DNA of 62,981 bases, the filler included, from Octopus bimaculoides (lineage: Eukaryota), in the NCBI RefSeq assembly GCF_001194135.2. It is 4 parts of 3 records of this genome, joined end to end, with 100 filler letters (N's around TTAATTAATTAA, not from the genome) between each part and the next. Parts side by side here need not be neighbours in the genome. Positions count along the whole stretch, not along the records: positions 26,723 to 47,019 come from NC_068984.1; positions 47,120 to 60,767 come from NC_068983.1; 2 more parts are not named here. One strand, given 5' to 3'. Shown here piece after piece: positions 37,963-51,136 of this stretch. The position numbers were made by a program, and so were the translations under genes. Below the pieces are notes generated by a model, which was not told the origin of the DNA, made no database searches, and was given only the letters and a program-made list of their open reading frames with translations. Positions within the stretch are counted from its first letter, which is position 1, and the number at the start of each line of letters is the position of its first letter.

Positions 37963-39077
37963 TACAATCTACAAAGCCTTTACTGCAATAATATCATGGA
38001 GATTAAGCAAGCACCTGGAAGAAAACAACCTGTTTCCAAAAGAGCAGAAGAGATGCTGCAAGGGCTCATACGGCTGTAAAGATCAATTAATGATCAATAA
38101 AGCTATAACTGAAGACAGCCACAGAAAGAAGAAACGCCTCAGTATGGCCTGGATCGACTACCGAAAGGCTTTTGATAGTGTTTCCCGCACGTGGATTCTC
38201 GAAACATTAGCCATAAACAAGGTAGCACCAATAATTATAAAATACATGACACTCTATGAATAAATGGCAGACAGTGCTACAGCTCCAAACAAAAGAGGGA
38301 CTCGTGAAAACCAAAGCTATCCCCATTAGAAGAGGAATATTCCAGGTAGACACGCTCTCTCCACTCCTTTTCTACTTGGCACTGACACCTATATCTGACA
38401 CGCTAAATAGAACTGGATGCGGATACCAATGTTACGGCAAAACAATCAGCCACCTTTTATATATGGATGACCTAAAACTATACGCTAGAAGTGAAAAACA
38501 GCTGGAAACACTACTACAGACAGTACATGGATTTACCAAAGAAATAGATATGAAATTTGGATTAGAAAAATGTGCTAAAGCAACCCTGAAAAGAGGAAAA
38601 CTAGTTAAGAGTAGCAACATCACACTAGATAAAGTCAATGAAATAAGAGAATTAGACCAAAGCCAGACATACAAATATTTAGGAATCAATGAACCAGCAG
38701 ATGACAACGTTTCTCTAAAAGAAATTGAGAAACTTTCAAAATACAAAGACCTGGAAACAGAGGTAACTCGAATGTGGAATCTAAAAACAGAAACAATTCC
38801 TACCATAGTAGGCGCATTAGGTATGATAANNNNNNNNNNNNNNNNNNNNNNNNNNNNNNNNNNNNNNNNNNNNNNNNNNNNNNNNNNNNNNNNNNNNNNN
38901 NNNNNNNNNNNNNNNNNNNNNNNNNNNNNNNNNNNNNNNNNNNNNNNNNNNNNNNNNNNNNNNNNNNNNNNNNNNNNNNNNNNNNNNNNNNNNNNNNNNN
39001 NNNNNNNNNNNNNNNNNNNNNNNNNNNNNNNNNNNNNNNNNNNNNNNNNNNNNNNNNNNNNNNNNNNNNNNNNNNNN

Positions 39078-39127
<50 letters not shown>

Positions 39128-39338
39128 TAAAACCAAGACTTACAAATATATATAACATACAGAAAATTGCACTACTGGGCACTGCACACATCCTACGCAA
39201 AACACTTTCAATACAGTAACCATACGAGCATCACAGCAAACCACAGCACATACCCAAGGCGCACAGAGCTGCGCTCGGTAGTGAAGTGAAAGCACGTTAT
39301 AAAAATAAAACTACTGAACAATAATAATAATAATAATA
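37963..39338 (+). mobile_element. R4/Dong-clade LINE, piece 2: RT domain joined to RLE end, (AAT)n on both sides
   Basis: EQKRCCKGSYGCKDQLMINK, MAWIDYRKAFDSV, RRGIFQVDTLSPLLF, HLLYMDDLKLYA, FGLEKCAK and YKYLGINE, joined at ~38695 to PADDNVSLKEIEKLSKYKDLE..IVGALG. After the gap come IQKIALLGTAHILRKTLS and a 3'UTR. One frameshift near 38245. Confidence 0.93.
38256..38829 (+). pseudogene. Reverse transcriptase fragment (YMDD) of the R4/Dong element
   Basis: Genuine part of track ORF 38256-39155; the rest is N and (AAT)n. Confidence 0.9.
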
Positions 39339-39344
39339 TTTCGT

Positions 39345-39888
39345 AAATATAGCATGCTGGCACAGAAATAATACACGAAGACATGACAAACTAGGGAGAG
39401 CAATCCATTGGGAGTCATGTAGAAATCTCGGATCTGACCATACTGATAAAGGGTATGAGCACGGACCTCGTAAAGTACTAGAAAGTAAGATGTATAAGAT
39501 GTTGTGGAACTTTAACACTAAAACTGACAGAGTAATAGAAGCTAAAAGGTCTGATTAGTGCCAGATAACTGACTTTGCAGTCCCAGATGATGAAAAAATC
39601 AATATAAGAGGTATAGAAAAAATAGCAAAGTACCAGGACCTAGACATTGAATTACAGATACTATGGAAAGTGCGGGTAAAATGTATCTCGGTAGTTATAG
39701 GTGCATTGGGAACTATCCCTAAAGATTTGAACAGACGGATAGCGGAAATAGGCAGAAAACCCAGTTTAGAATAACTCCAGAAAAGAGGGAAAGCTAGAAT
39801 ACTTAGGAGGGTTCTTGGCATCTAAGGTTACTTGTTGTAGCCCGATGTTAGGAATATTTCTGTTACAACAGTCTAACCTGTTGTGTGC

Positions 39889-39956
<68 letters not shown>

Positions 39957-39957
39957 T
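39345..39957 (+). mobile_element. R4/Dong-clade LINE 3' end, piece 3 (different subfamily), (AAT)n tail
   Basis: YTRRHDKLGRAIHWE..YEHGPRKVLE..MLWNFNTKTDRVIEAKRSD..DFAVPDD..KIAKYQDL..VVIGALGTIPK..ARILRRVLGI*. Confidence 0.88.
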
Positions 39958-41259
39958 TACTGTATACTGCTTTGTGTTTCCTTTTGTTATCTTTCTCTTT
40001 TCAATCAGGACAAATTCCGGTTTAGGTCTATTAAACGATCTCCTTGATTGGTCTTATTATAATTGACAAGAGAAGTAATGTTAACAGATACAAAAGTAAT
40101 AACAACTATAGCAACAACAAAGAATATATGTATAGAAAGAAAAGAAAGAATCCCTCCTCCATCGCTTGCCCGCTCGATTTCCCCTTCTCCATCATCAGGA
40201 ATACTGAATGGCTGGCGTTCAGTTTTTTCTCAGGTAAAGTAAGTACAGACAGATTGTATATCGGTGAAATATCGAACCGTTTATCAGTCTATAGAAGGAC
40301 AGGTGACTAACGGATATATAAGATGGATGAATGGATGACAGCGTATGGTGGTATCCAGTAGACATGGTGGATGCTGAAAACAGAGAGGGGAAAGATAGAG
40401 AGAGAAAAGAGAGAGTTAGGGAAGGTGTGTGTGTATGTATAAATGCATGTATGAACGTATCTGCAGAGATAAATAAGAGAGAAGCAATTTTACACATGCA
40501 TATACTCTCGGGTACTTAAACATTTTCTCTCTCATTCCCACGCACTGTCTGTCTAACTCNNNNNNNNNNNNNNNNNNNNNNNNNNNNNNNNNNNNNNNNN
40601 NNNNNNNNNNNNNNNNNNNNNNNNNNNNNNNNNNNNNNNNNNNNNNNNNNNNNNNNNNNNNNNNNNNNNNNNNNNNNNNNNNNNNNNNNNNNNNNNNNNN
40701 NNNNNNNNNNNNNNNNNNNNNNNNNNNNNNNNNNNNNNNNNNNNNNNNNNNNNNNNNNNNNNNNNNNNNNNNNNNNNNNNNNNNNNNNNNNNNNNNNNNN
40801 NNNNNNNNNNNNNNNNNNNNNNNNNNNNNNNNNNNNNNNNNNNNNNNNNNNNNNNNNNNNNNNNNNNNNNNNNNNNNNNNNNNNNNNNNNNNNNNNNNNN
40901 NNNNNNNNNNNNNNNNNNNNNNNNNNNNNNNNNNNNNNNNNNNNNNNNNNNNNNNNNNNNNNNNNNNNNNNNNNNNNNNNNNNNNNNNNNNNNNNNNNNN
41001 NNNNNNNNNNNNNNNNNNNNNNNNNNNNNNNNNNNNNNNNNNNNNNNNNNNNNNNNNNNNNNNNNNNNNNNNNNNNNNNNNNNNNNNNNNNNNNNNNNNN
41101 NNNNNNNNNNNNNNNNNNNNNNNNNNNNNNNNNNNNNNNNNNNNNNNNNNNNNNNNNNNNNNNNNNNNNNNNNNNNNNNNNNNNNNNNNNNNNNNNNNNN
41201 NNNNNNNNNNNNNNNNNNNNNNNNNNNNNNNNNNNTATATATATATATATGTATATATG

Positions 41260-41293
<34 letters not shown>

Positions 41294-41360
41294 CACGCAC
41301 ACACACATACATATATGTGTATATATATGTATGTACATATATGTATACATAAATATATAT

Positions 41361-41456
41361 ACAGGGTGCGGTGAATATATTAGTCTTCTAAATTACGCAA
41401 AAATAAAAGTAACATTTTAACAGATATATTTACCAAAATTACAGAAAAATATCTTA
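41361..41456 (-). mobile_element. Solo right end of the maT family
   Basis: TA-CAGGGTGCGGTGAATATAT..AATTACGCAAAAAT..CATTTTAACAGATATATTTACCAAA is the reverse complement of 53560-53669. Confidence 0.8.
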
Positions 41457-41468
41457 GTCGAACAAATT

Positions 41469-41620
41469 GACCCTAGGTCTTATTTTTTTAAAGCCTAGTA
41501 CTTATTCTATGGGTCTCTTTTGTCGAACCGCTAAGTTAGGGGAACGTGAACACATCAACACTGGTTGTCAAGCAGTGATTGGTGGACAAATACAGACACA
41601 AAGACACGCTCACATAGTTA
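41469..41620 (-). mobile_element. SINE family C fragment
   Basis: TACTTATTCTAT..GTCGAACCGCTAAGTTAGGGGAACGTGAACACATCAACACTGGTTGTCAAGC matches 5740-5840. Confidence 0.8.
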
Positions 41621-41633
41621 TACAGACACACAT

Positions 41634-41692
<59 letters not shown>

Positions 41693-41951
41693 CGTATATA
41701 CGTATNNNNNNNNNNNNNNNNNNNNNNNNNNNNNNNNNNNNNNNNNNNNNNNNNNNNNNNNNNNNNNNNNNNNNNNNNNNNNNNNNNNNNNNNNNNNNNN
41801 NNNNNNNNNNNNNNNNNNNNNNNNNNNNNNNNNNNNNNNNNNNNNNNNNNNNNNNNNNNNNNNNNNNNNNNNNNNNNNNNNNNNNNNNNNNNNNNNNNNN
41901 NNNNNNNNNNNNNNNNNNNNNNNNNNNNNNNNNNNNNNNNNNNNNNNNNNN

Positions 41952-41996
<45 letters not shown>

Positions 41997-42610
41997 GTAG
42001 GTATGTGTGCATGCATGTATGCAATATGTACATATGTATACATACAAATATACATACATACATACATTCATATATACATGTGAGCGTGTACCCGCCAATG
42101 TGTATACCAGTGTTTCGCTTTATTCTACCTTTGTGTTTGAACTCCCGTCATAACAAAGCTTAATTAATATTGCAGCAACTTTCACAACCAAAATTCCGAG
42201 AAAAGGAAACCGTTTTCGTTGTAAACCAGTTAGTCACACTTGGTTTGCCTTTGCATTCTCAAGTATTAACTTGTGCAACATTCTACCACTTGAGTTGTAA
42301 TTATTAAAAAAAAAAGTATTTGAAAAAAATTGATTTATTACTCTTGTAACTCCTTCCTATCGCGTAAGCGCGAAGCAATATCTTTCGATACCGACCTAAA
42401 GATTATCCGAAAAGTGTCAGAGGAGTAAAGAAGAGTGCTATTGCAAAATGAGTGTGGCAGAATGAGTAGGGCTTCGACTGTCAACTTGAAAATAAAAAAA
42501 AATAAAGAACATCTCATAAGGAATCAATTTGACAAAACAGAAATTATCATGTAAAATTCAAGTGAGCAGAACGCTTCCATTGAAGTTAGTTATTTCTTAT
42601 TTCTTTTTAT

Positions 42611-42770
42611 GTTTGTTGTTGGCACTCCGTCGCTTACGACATCGAGGATTCCAGTTGATCCGATCAACGGAACAGCCTGCTCGTGAAATTAACGTGCAAG
42701 TGGGTGAGCACTCCACAGACACGTGTACCCTAACGTAGTTCTCGGGTATATTCAGCGTGACACAGCGTGT
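42611..42770 (-). mobile_element. SINE family B 3' half
   Basis: Near-identical to 11255-11415. Confidence 0.9.
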
Positions 42771-42856
42771 CCCATATATATATATATATATAGCCGCGTA
42801 CGTACACTTTGTCTCTTATATGTATATATATACATACACACACACANNNNNNNNNN

Positions 42857-42898
<42 letters not shown>

Positions 42899-43438
42899 GC
42901 ATATATATACATATATATATATATACATATATATTCTTCCCAGGGAGAATCAATGCTTTATATAAGCCCAAATACACCATTAGTACCACTGGAACTCTAT
43001 GAAATATTCTAGAGGTCTATAGAAACGATATTCTGTCTGTGAAACAAATTTGCAATAGTACTCGAGTCATTATAACAAGATACATTTTTCAGTAGTTTGA
43101 TAAATACGATAGTTTGTTGTCCTTTTCTTCTTTGATAAAGAGTTTACGTTTGGAGACAATCACTTAATGAATGTCAAATAATCAGTTAAATAATTCAGAT
43201 AAACTTTGTGAATTATTCATTGGTAATTATCTCAAGTGTATAAGCTGTCATCGTTGTCGTCGCTGTTGTTGCTGTCGTCCTCGCTGTTGAGGTTTACTCT
43301 CATACTATCCTTGATCGAGCAGAACTATGGTCATGAAAATGTTCTATTTGCGACAGACCTGTATTTTGTTAATCGGAGACAACATTGTTTAATGTATCCT
43401 GATTGATGGCGTTATTTAGCTCCATGTTAATCGAGAAC

Positions 43439-43811
43439 TTGGAGGCGCAATGGTTAGGGCAGCGGACTCGCGGTCATAGGATCATGGTTTTGATTCCCAG
43501 ACCGGGCTTTGTGAGTGTTTATTGAGCGAAAACACCTAAAGCTCCACGAGGCTCTGGCAGGGGATGGTGGCGAACCCTGCTGTACTCTTTCACCACAACT
43601 TTCTCTTACTCTTTCTTCCTGTATCTGTTGTGCCTGTAATTCAAAGGGTCAGCCTTGTCACACTGTGTCACGCTGAATATCCCCGAGAACTACGTTAAGG
43701 GTACACGTGTCTGTGGCGTGCTCAGCCACTTGCACGTTAATTTCACGAGCAGCCTGTTCCGTTGATCGACGTCGTAGGCGACGGAGTGCCAACAACAACA
43801 ACAGCATCAAC
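43439..43811 (+). mobile_element. SINE family B, full length, 10-bp TSD
   Basis: Head TGGAGGCGCAATGG.., (AAC)n tail, and TSD AATCGAGAAC at 43429-43438 and 43812-43821. Confidence 0.92.
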
Positions 43812-44597
43812 AATCGAGAACGATATGCACAAGCGTTCGAGCCGTGATTATCAATCGTTTTGGAACGTACATGCTCTAATATACAAGGGGAGGGGATGAA
43901 CTTTGAGGGAGACTTAGTTACTATTTCTAGCAATTCAAATGAATACGTTGAGATACGTTCATGGACTCGAATGTATCCTATTTATTACGGTATGATGTGT
44001 TTTGAGGAGAATTTGATTGCTTTTTAAGGACATCGAGCAATCATATAAAGGGTTCTTCATAGACTGAATTTATATTCAATATAAGTCAAATAAAATACAT
44101 GAGAAAGTTGAATTCTGCTGATATTGGCATTGCTGCTGTTTTTTGGTCCCGGATCAAGCCTAATTGCGGAGATCCATAACCAGATACATTCCAGTCGTTA
44201 CAGTGTCTTTTTAAAAATATACAGGACTACCTTGTTTAATATAACCTTTCCTTAAAACGTTATAGTATGATACTGAAGGGAATTTAACGAACGAGAGACC
44301 ACGAAAAACCTCCCACGCTCGCTTGTTCTGCTCATATTGTGTTCGTGCATACGAATCAATTAGACCACAGCTGAAAACAAAATCCCAATCAAAAAATATC
44401 TCATTTAGTTCTTGATAGTAACATTGGCATAATATACACTTTTTCGACATCTATCATTGTTTATTACGGGTGTTTAGTTTTAAAAATAGACATCCTCGTA
44501 AATGGATCAGTGATAGATAATAGAGCATATGGGAGAAATAGGTTTTATTCTGAGACATAACTTGTCCTGATCATTATAATTGGTCGATAGTACTCAC

Positions 44598-44764
44598 GTT
44601 TGCTGTCCAAGCGGAATCTTTCACTGATCACCGAGCCGCGTTATCACAGACCAAATCGTGATAAGTGTATCAGTTCATAATTAGTTTAACGTGTTATCCG
44701 GGATCAGTGGAGAACGAGTTAGTGAGAAACGAGAATAGATGTAGAAGTTTAATCACGTGACTCC
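44598..44764 (-). promoter_or_regulatory. Possible promoter and first exon on the minus strand
   Basis: Locally CpG-rich, with an extended E-box AGTCACGTGA (minus strand) at ~44754-44763 and a consensus donor AAC|GTGAGTA at ~44597. No transcript evidence. Confidence 0.2.
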
Positions 44765-46826
44765 TTTGGTTTATGGCTGATTCTAAACTCTGTGTTGTCT
44801 CTGGTGGTTTGTTTGATAACGGAACGAAGATGGTTTTAACTTGCATCTTATGTAACTATTCTCGTGTATTACTTTGTATGACAGCTATTAGATCTATATT
44901 GTGGTTATCTAATGCTATCAATGTTTCTGTTAGTATTTCATCTGCTTCAGATGTTTTTCGCTCGCAGTTTTTTCTCCTTCTGCTAAGATTTTGTTTCCAG
45001 TAGCGGTTGAGTTACGGGTGGATAATATTAAGAATAGGATAGGATTAAATTACTGTGAGTGTAAAAGGACATCCCAAGAAAACTGAGAAGACGATCCCTG
45101 ATACTCAACCCACTGAGAGCAGATAATATCTGATGATGAAGAATATAGGAATATTCACAGGATGTGTAACGAAACATTTCCAGGCAAAGGATATAAAATA
45201 AGAGCAATAATAAATCTGAAGTGAAGAACGAATATGTGGTGCGTATGTCTATTTGGTAAACAATTTTTTTAAATGACCGTTCCGAAATATAACAATAAGA
45301 ATATTACTTTTAGAATATTGCAACCTAGATGTAGAACTACTGCAAAAGTCTCTAATCACCAACCATATCAGGTAAACATTACATTTATAAACTAAATATT
45401 GTCCTTCGTTAACTCGAAAAAGGAAATTGCGCTTCCTGTTGCACCGGATGTGCCGCAGCCCACTGACTGAAAAAGAGTAGAATGAAAAAAAATATTTTAC
45501 TTCTCTGTTGCGTTAGCATTTCTTATATAAAACTGTGAGATCTACAATAATAATCATTATTCTATTGTTCATAAAATATAGAGGTGATGACTTTTCAGCT
45601 TGTAGGCTTTTAAGTTCAAATTTCAACAGTGACTGAGATACCAAATATAACTTCATCTAGATTAACTGTTTTCTATGCGTAAAAAAGAATCCGACAGAGC
45701 TTGATAGATGAAATACCTGTAATAGGGTCGATTCTTTTGTTTCCTTGGATTTAACCACCTGCGATTCAAATATCCAGTCTTCTCGTGCTGATTCGATTTG
45801 CGAATTGGGTCAAAGGTACACTTCTCATTTAAATACTCAGCCACTTACACGTTAATTTCATTAGTAAGATTTCTGTTATTTGGACAATTAAAGATTAGAC
45901 TTTCGAGATTGGCGGGGAACCTACCAGTGCTTACTGGTACATATTTTGCAGTCGATGAAATTTTTAAAATGCAAAATTGGTTTCATTGTGATTCGAACAC
46001 ATGATGCATTGAACAATATTGCAAAGAGAAAGGAAGATAAATTCTTTAGCAAACTACTATGCAAGATACCGTGACCATCATCATCATAACTAAAGAAAGG
46101 AAATAATAAATATTTCTTTTTGGAGAAATTTTACAAAAGGGTAATTAATAGAAATAAAACACACATACAAAAACACAACAAATTCAAGAGAGAAGAAACA
46201 CTCTTCCTTCTGAAAATAAAGAAAAGGGGAAAAACGATTCCTTTATATATTTTAGTAAATGGTATCCAATAGATTGCTGATTTTTTTTTTTCCTGTAAGA
46301 ATTTTACAAAAAGGCATATGATAATAATCAGCAAAAGAACAATAAAAAAATAATCCCTTTCGTTCTAACCCTGCCCGTCTGAAAATGAAGGGGAAAAAAG
46401 GGGAGAAAACGGTTCTTTCATATAATTTTAGTAAATGGTTTCCAAATAGATTCTACACCTGAAAAATCAATCTCCGTTCGACTTTTAGTGTTCTGCCCAA
46501 AATTGCATTCATCCGGCACTAATGGAATTGCATTGGAAAGGCTGTTGGAATCCGGTGAGAAGTAAGTGAGGGATCTCACTTGGTATTTAGGGCTACTAGT
46601 CTGGGTGGGGTCTTCAGAGTGGTGGTACCGGTGGTGGATATTAGGTTGGGAGTTGATGGAATTATGCGCTATTTGGCAGCAGGAACAATTAAAGGTGAGG
46701 TGTGTGTGTATGTAATATATATTGTGGTTCTTTCGGCGTATATAATTGATTTGTGTGTTTGTGTTCATGAAAGGAAGTAAAAGATATATGTATGTATGTA
46801 TTTATGTGTGTATGTATATGTTTGTG

Positions 46827-46884
<58 letters not shown>

Positions 46885-46975
46885 CGCATAGCCAGAAAGA
46901 CATTCAAACATGTGCAACATGCATACGTATGGTTATATTTGAATCCCTATCTCTTTCTTCCTCACATCATATATA

Positions 46976-47019
<44 letters not shown>

Positions 47020-47543
47020 NNNNNNNNNNNNNNNNNNNNNNNNNNNNNNNNNNNNNNNNNNNNTTAATTAATTAANNNNNNNNNNNNNNNNNNNNNNNNN
47101 NNNNNNNNNNNNNNNNNNNATATATATATATATATATATAACCACACACATAGATACATAAATATGTGTATGAGATTTTTTATCATTAAAAAATATATAT
47201 CATCAATGATGGGGAAAAATGACTGTCCATAGAATGAAAATATAGATGTGTAAATTTTATATAGAAACAAGGGTTTTATATATAAAAAAAAACTGTATTC
47301 GTCAAGATAGACAATATTTCAGGAAACAAAAAAAGTAGCTGATATAACATCTGAACACAAACACATTTGCACACAAACACACACACAATCGTACAGAAGC
47401 TACTTACATTTATGTATGTAGACAGATTAAAAGATATTACATTCATTTATAAGCTGTATCACACAGTGTAAGCATTTACACAAACCCAAATAAGCATCTT
47501 ATATACACCACTCTACGCAATCCTCTTTATCAGCAGATATATG

Positions 47544-47585
<42 letters not shown>

Positions 47586-49405
47586 GTATGTATGATATAC
47601 ATATATATGTTATATATATATATATATATACATACACTTTGTAATATATGCTTATTCATAGAAAAAATGACATATGCTGAGTGTCGATATCTGAGAATAT
47701 ATATGTATATATANNNNNNNNNNNNNNNNNNNNNNNNNNNNNNNNNNNNNNNNNNNNNNNNNNNNNNNNNNNNNNNNNNNNNNNNNNNNNNNNNNNNNNN
47801 NNNNNNNNNNNNNNNNNNNNNNNNNNNNNNNNNNNNNNNNNNNNNNNNNNNNNNNNNNNNNNNNNNNNNNNNNNNNNNNNNNNNNNNNNNNNNNNNNNNN
47901 NNNNNNNNNNNNNNNNNNNNNNNNNNNNNNNNNNNNNNNNNNNNNNNNNNNNNNNNNNNNNNNNNNNNNNNNNNNNNNNNNNNNNNNNNNNNNNNNNNNN
48001 NNNNNNNNNNNNNNNNNNNNNNNNNNNNNNNNNNNNNNNNNNNNNNNNNNNNNNNNNNNNNNNNNNNNNNNNNNNNNNNNNNNNNNNNNNNNNNNNNNNN
48101 NNNNNNNNNNNNNNNNNNNNNNNNNNNNNNNNNNNNNNNNNNNNNNNNNNNNNNNNNNNNNNNNNNNNNNNNNNNNNNNNNNNNNNNNNNNNNNNNNNNN
48201 NNNNNNNNNNNNNNNNNNNNNNNNNNNNNNNNNNNNNNNNNNNNNNNNNNNNNNNNNNNNNNNNNNNNNNNNNNNNNNNNNNNNNNNNNNNNNNNNNNNN
48301 NNNNNNNNNNNNNNNNNNNNNNNNNNNNNNNNNNNNNNNNNNNNNNNNNNNNNNNNNNNNNNNNNNNNNNNNNNNNNNNNNNNNNNNNNNNNNNNNNNNN
48401 NNNNNNNNNNNNNNNNNNNNNNNNNNNNNNNNNNNNNNNNNNNNNNNNNNNNNNNNNNNNNNNNNNNNNNNNNNNNNNNNNNNNNNNNNNNNNNNNNNNN
48501 NNNCGTTAGGTTTCATGGTGGGTTGTTATGAGAGGTACTTTGGAGAAATTTCTATTGATTAAACTTGGGGTTATGTAATTGTCTAAAATTTATTCATGTA
48601 TATAGAGCTTTATAAGGATGGGTGTGTGTGTGTTTGTATGTGTGTGTGTGCGTGTGTGTGGTTAGGTGTGTCTATTTGTTAGGTAGGTACAAGATGTCTT
48701 AGTAGTTTAGTTATAATTGGTTCTATTTTATTTATTCTTTGCTTTGACAATGCAAATGTTAAAGGTACAAATTCCAATAATGGGCACTTTTAAGGGTTCA
48801 CAAAAGATTGTAAGTAGGTGGTATGTCTTAGCTGGTCATCGTTATTACTTGTCGTTGTTGTTATTTAGGCTATTCCCTATTTTTATTTGGACGGTGGTGA
48901 TTATTAATCATGCATGCCATGCTACTGTTTGTATAAAATATTGTTACTCTTCTGCTTTGGTGTTCAAAATAGGATTTAGTTAAGTGTAGAGGTTGTCGGC
49001 TTCTATGATTCTCTTTAGGTGTTCATTGTTCTATAAACAATTTGATTGGTATATAGACATTTCAAACCTTGTGTTTAATGAAGGCTAAGTTTGTAGGATG
49101 TGTGTTCATGATATTTCTTTAATTCTGTTTCAAATGTGGGTATTTTATAATGTTATTTTAGGTCTCTGTATAGGTCCTTGTAAGATTTTGTGCTTACATG
49201 AAGATACTAATTTAGAGTTTTAGTGCAGAATCTTGTCCAGCAATCTACATGCACACATATAAGAGTATATGTTTGTATGCATATATACACACACAGATAT
49301 ATACATACATACATGCATACATACATATATATATATATATATGTATATACTTGTGTGTGCATGTGAACATATATTTATACATACATTTGTGTGTAAGTAC
49401 ATGTT

Positions 49406-49480
<75 letters not shown>

Positions 49481-49499
49481 CATGGAGAAATGCGAGCAA

Positions 49500-50560
49500 G
49501 TGAAGTAATATTCTTAAGATTATAAACCTGGAAAATTACAGGACAAGTTATTACAGTTGGAGAACTTCAGGACAACTTATTATTTCTGGTAAAGTACAGA
49601 ACAAGAAAATTCTTCTTCAGGGTTAAGATTACAAGTGTGAAAATATAAGCCAGCAGAGTTTTACATCTTTAATGGGTGAACGAATTGCTACCACTGGAGA
49701 ATGGAAGACAACGTGAGTGTGCATACCTCGACAAGAAGTAGAAGGAGAGAGATTCTAGATGAGAGAGGGCGAAGGAAATAGTCATGAAAGTATGAAAAGA
49801 AGCTGACGAATATGAGGTGGAAAAAAAATAAGGTGAGAGGTGGGTTGAAGGAAAACAATGGGATTGCTGATCAAAGAAGGTTGCAAGCACTGCAAGGAAA
49901 AACATCAATGCAGACCTGTCTGTGTCGTGAGAACGCGTTTGAATATGAACCGTTCTTTCTTCACTTTCCTTGAGTATATGGAACCATGATGTGTGCATAT
50001 ATGCCGCACACTGTTAAATAGATAATGGAATGGCTTTTAATGTTGACATAAGCTGTTGGTAGAAAAAAAAAAGAAAACCTGCCTGTTTCTTTGTTTTTAA
50101 ATGCAGCGCAAAATTTGTAGATAATGCAATATATGAAGTTCGAAGATGTGCATCAGAAGTTTGGGGTGATATGACTTTGATATTTAGGCTCGGCGATAGT
50201 TATATTGTTGTTTATGTAAGGACAGGTGTTTCTTCGTCGGCGAATGCATTAGAATTGCCTGAATGTTTGAAACTGGACAATATGGAGTTTCAAATTTGAT
50301 GGTCTAGGTTCTCTTGTTTCTTAAAAGCGAGAAGACGTGATGCGAGAAAGATTGGAATGGTTGCGGAATCACAGAGTAAGATTCCATCCTACTGCATGAC
50401 ATCTCAGGCAGATATCATATTCTATTGCTTTGGATCTACCTATAATCTGTGAGTGAAAATTTGCAGACCAAATTGTATAGAATCTCGTTGGGTGGAGTGT
50501 ACTTGTGATCTAAAAAGTACAGCCTTATCACGTAGTGTCACGTTGAATCTACAGAATTAC
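49500..50560 (-). mobile_element. Very decayed LINE-like (possibly CR1) endonuclease/linker remnant
   Basis: Only weak motif resemblance (GNSNAF for GDFNAH; LPFSSGS..SP.KDVKL for IPPL..GS..TSP.DKAELL). Composition differs from the flanks. Confidence 0.3.
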
Positions 50561-51014
50561 AGAATTACGTTGAAGGTACACATGACTTAGGAATCCTCAA
50601 CCACTTATACTTTAAGTTATTGCAGATAATTCAGTAGATTTAACAAGTACATCTTCACTGCCAAGAGATGGAGATCCACACCATAAAAGCTGTGTGTGTG
50701 TGTGTATGTTTCTGTGTTGCGCGTGCGTGTGTGTGTGTACTTAAGATGTATGCATGTATTTATGTATGTATGTATGTCTATATTATACGTTCCTTCTTCA
50801 TACTTTGTCGCCTAATGACATTGAAAAGGATGAAACATGTATGTATAAGAGGCCGTATATCCTGATCTCCTGGACATTCGCAGATAGCATCATGCTGCTT
50901 GGCGTCGATGGCGGAAGTGATACTAAGTGAAGTTGCTGAAATCACAGTGTTATCCAACCGTCTAACGAGGATGTGTATTTCCTACACCTATGATTTATGT
51001 ATGTGTGTTGTGTG

Positions 51015-51053
<39 letters not shown>

Positions 51054-51102
51054 TGTGTGTATGTGTGTATGTATATATATATATATATGTGTGTGTGTGT
51101 GC

Positions 51103-51136
<34 letters not shown>

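Noticed and set aside
46207-46455. ~70-bp diverged direct repeat (46207-46276 and 46378-46455)
   Set aside because: An old local duplication in A-rich DNA with no associated structure.
40416-48562. Long ORFs of 260-320 aa rich in X
   Set aside because: They run through N gaps and carry no information.
50899-51000. GATGGCGGAAGTG (YY1/ETS-like) with a short ORF
   Set aside because: A single motif with no CpG-island context; the ORF runs into microsatellite.
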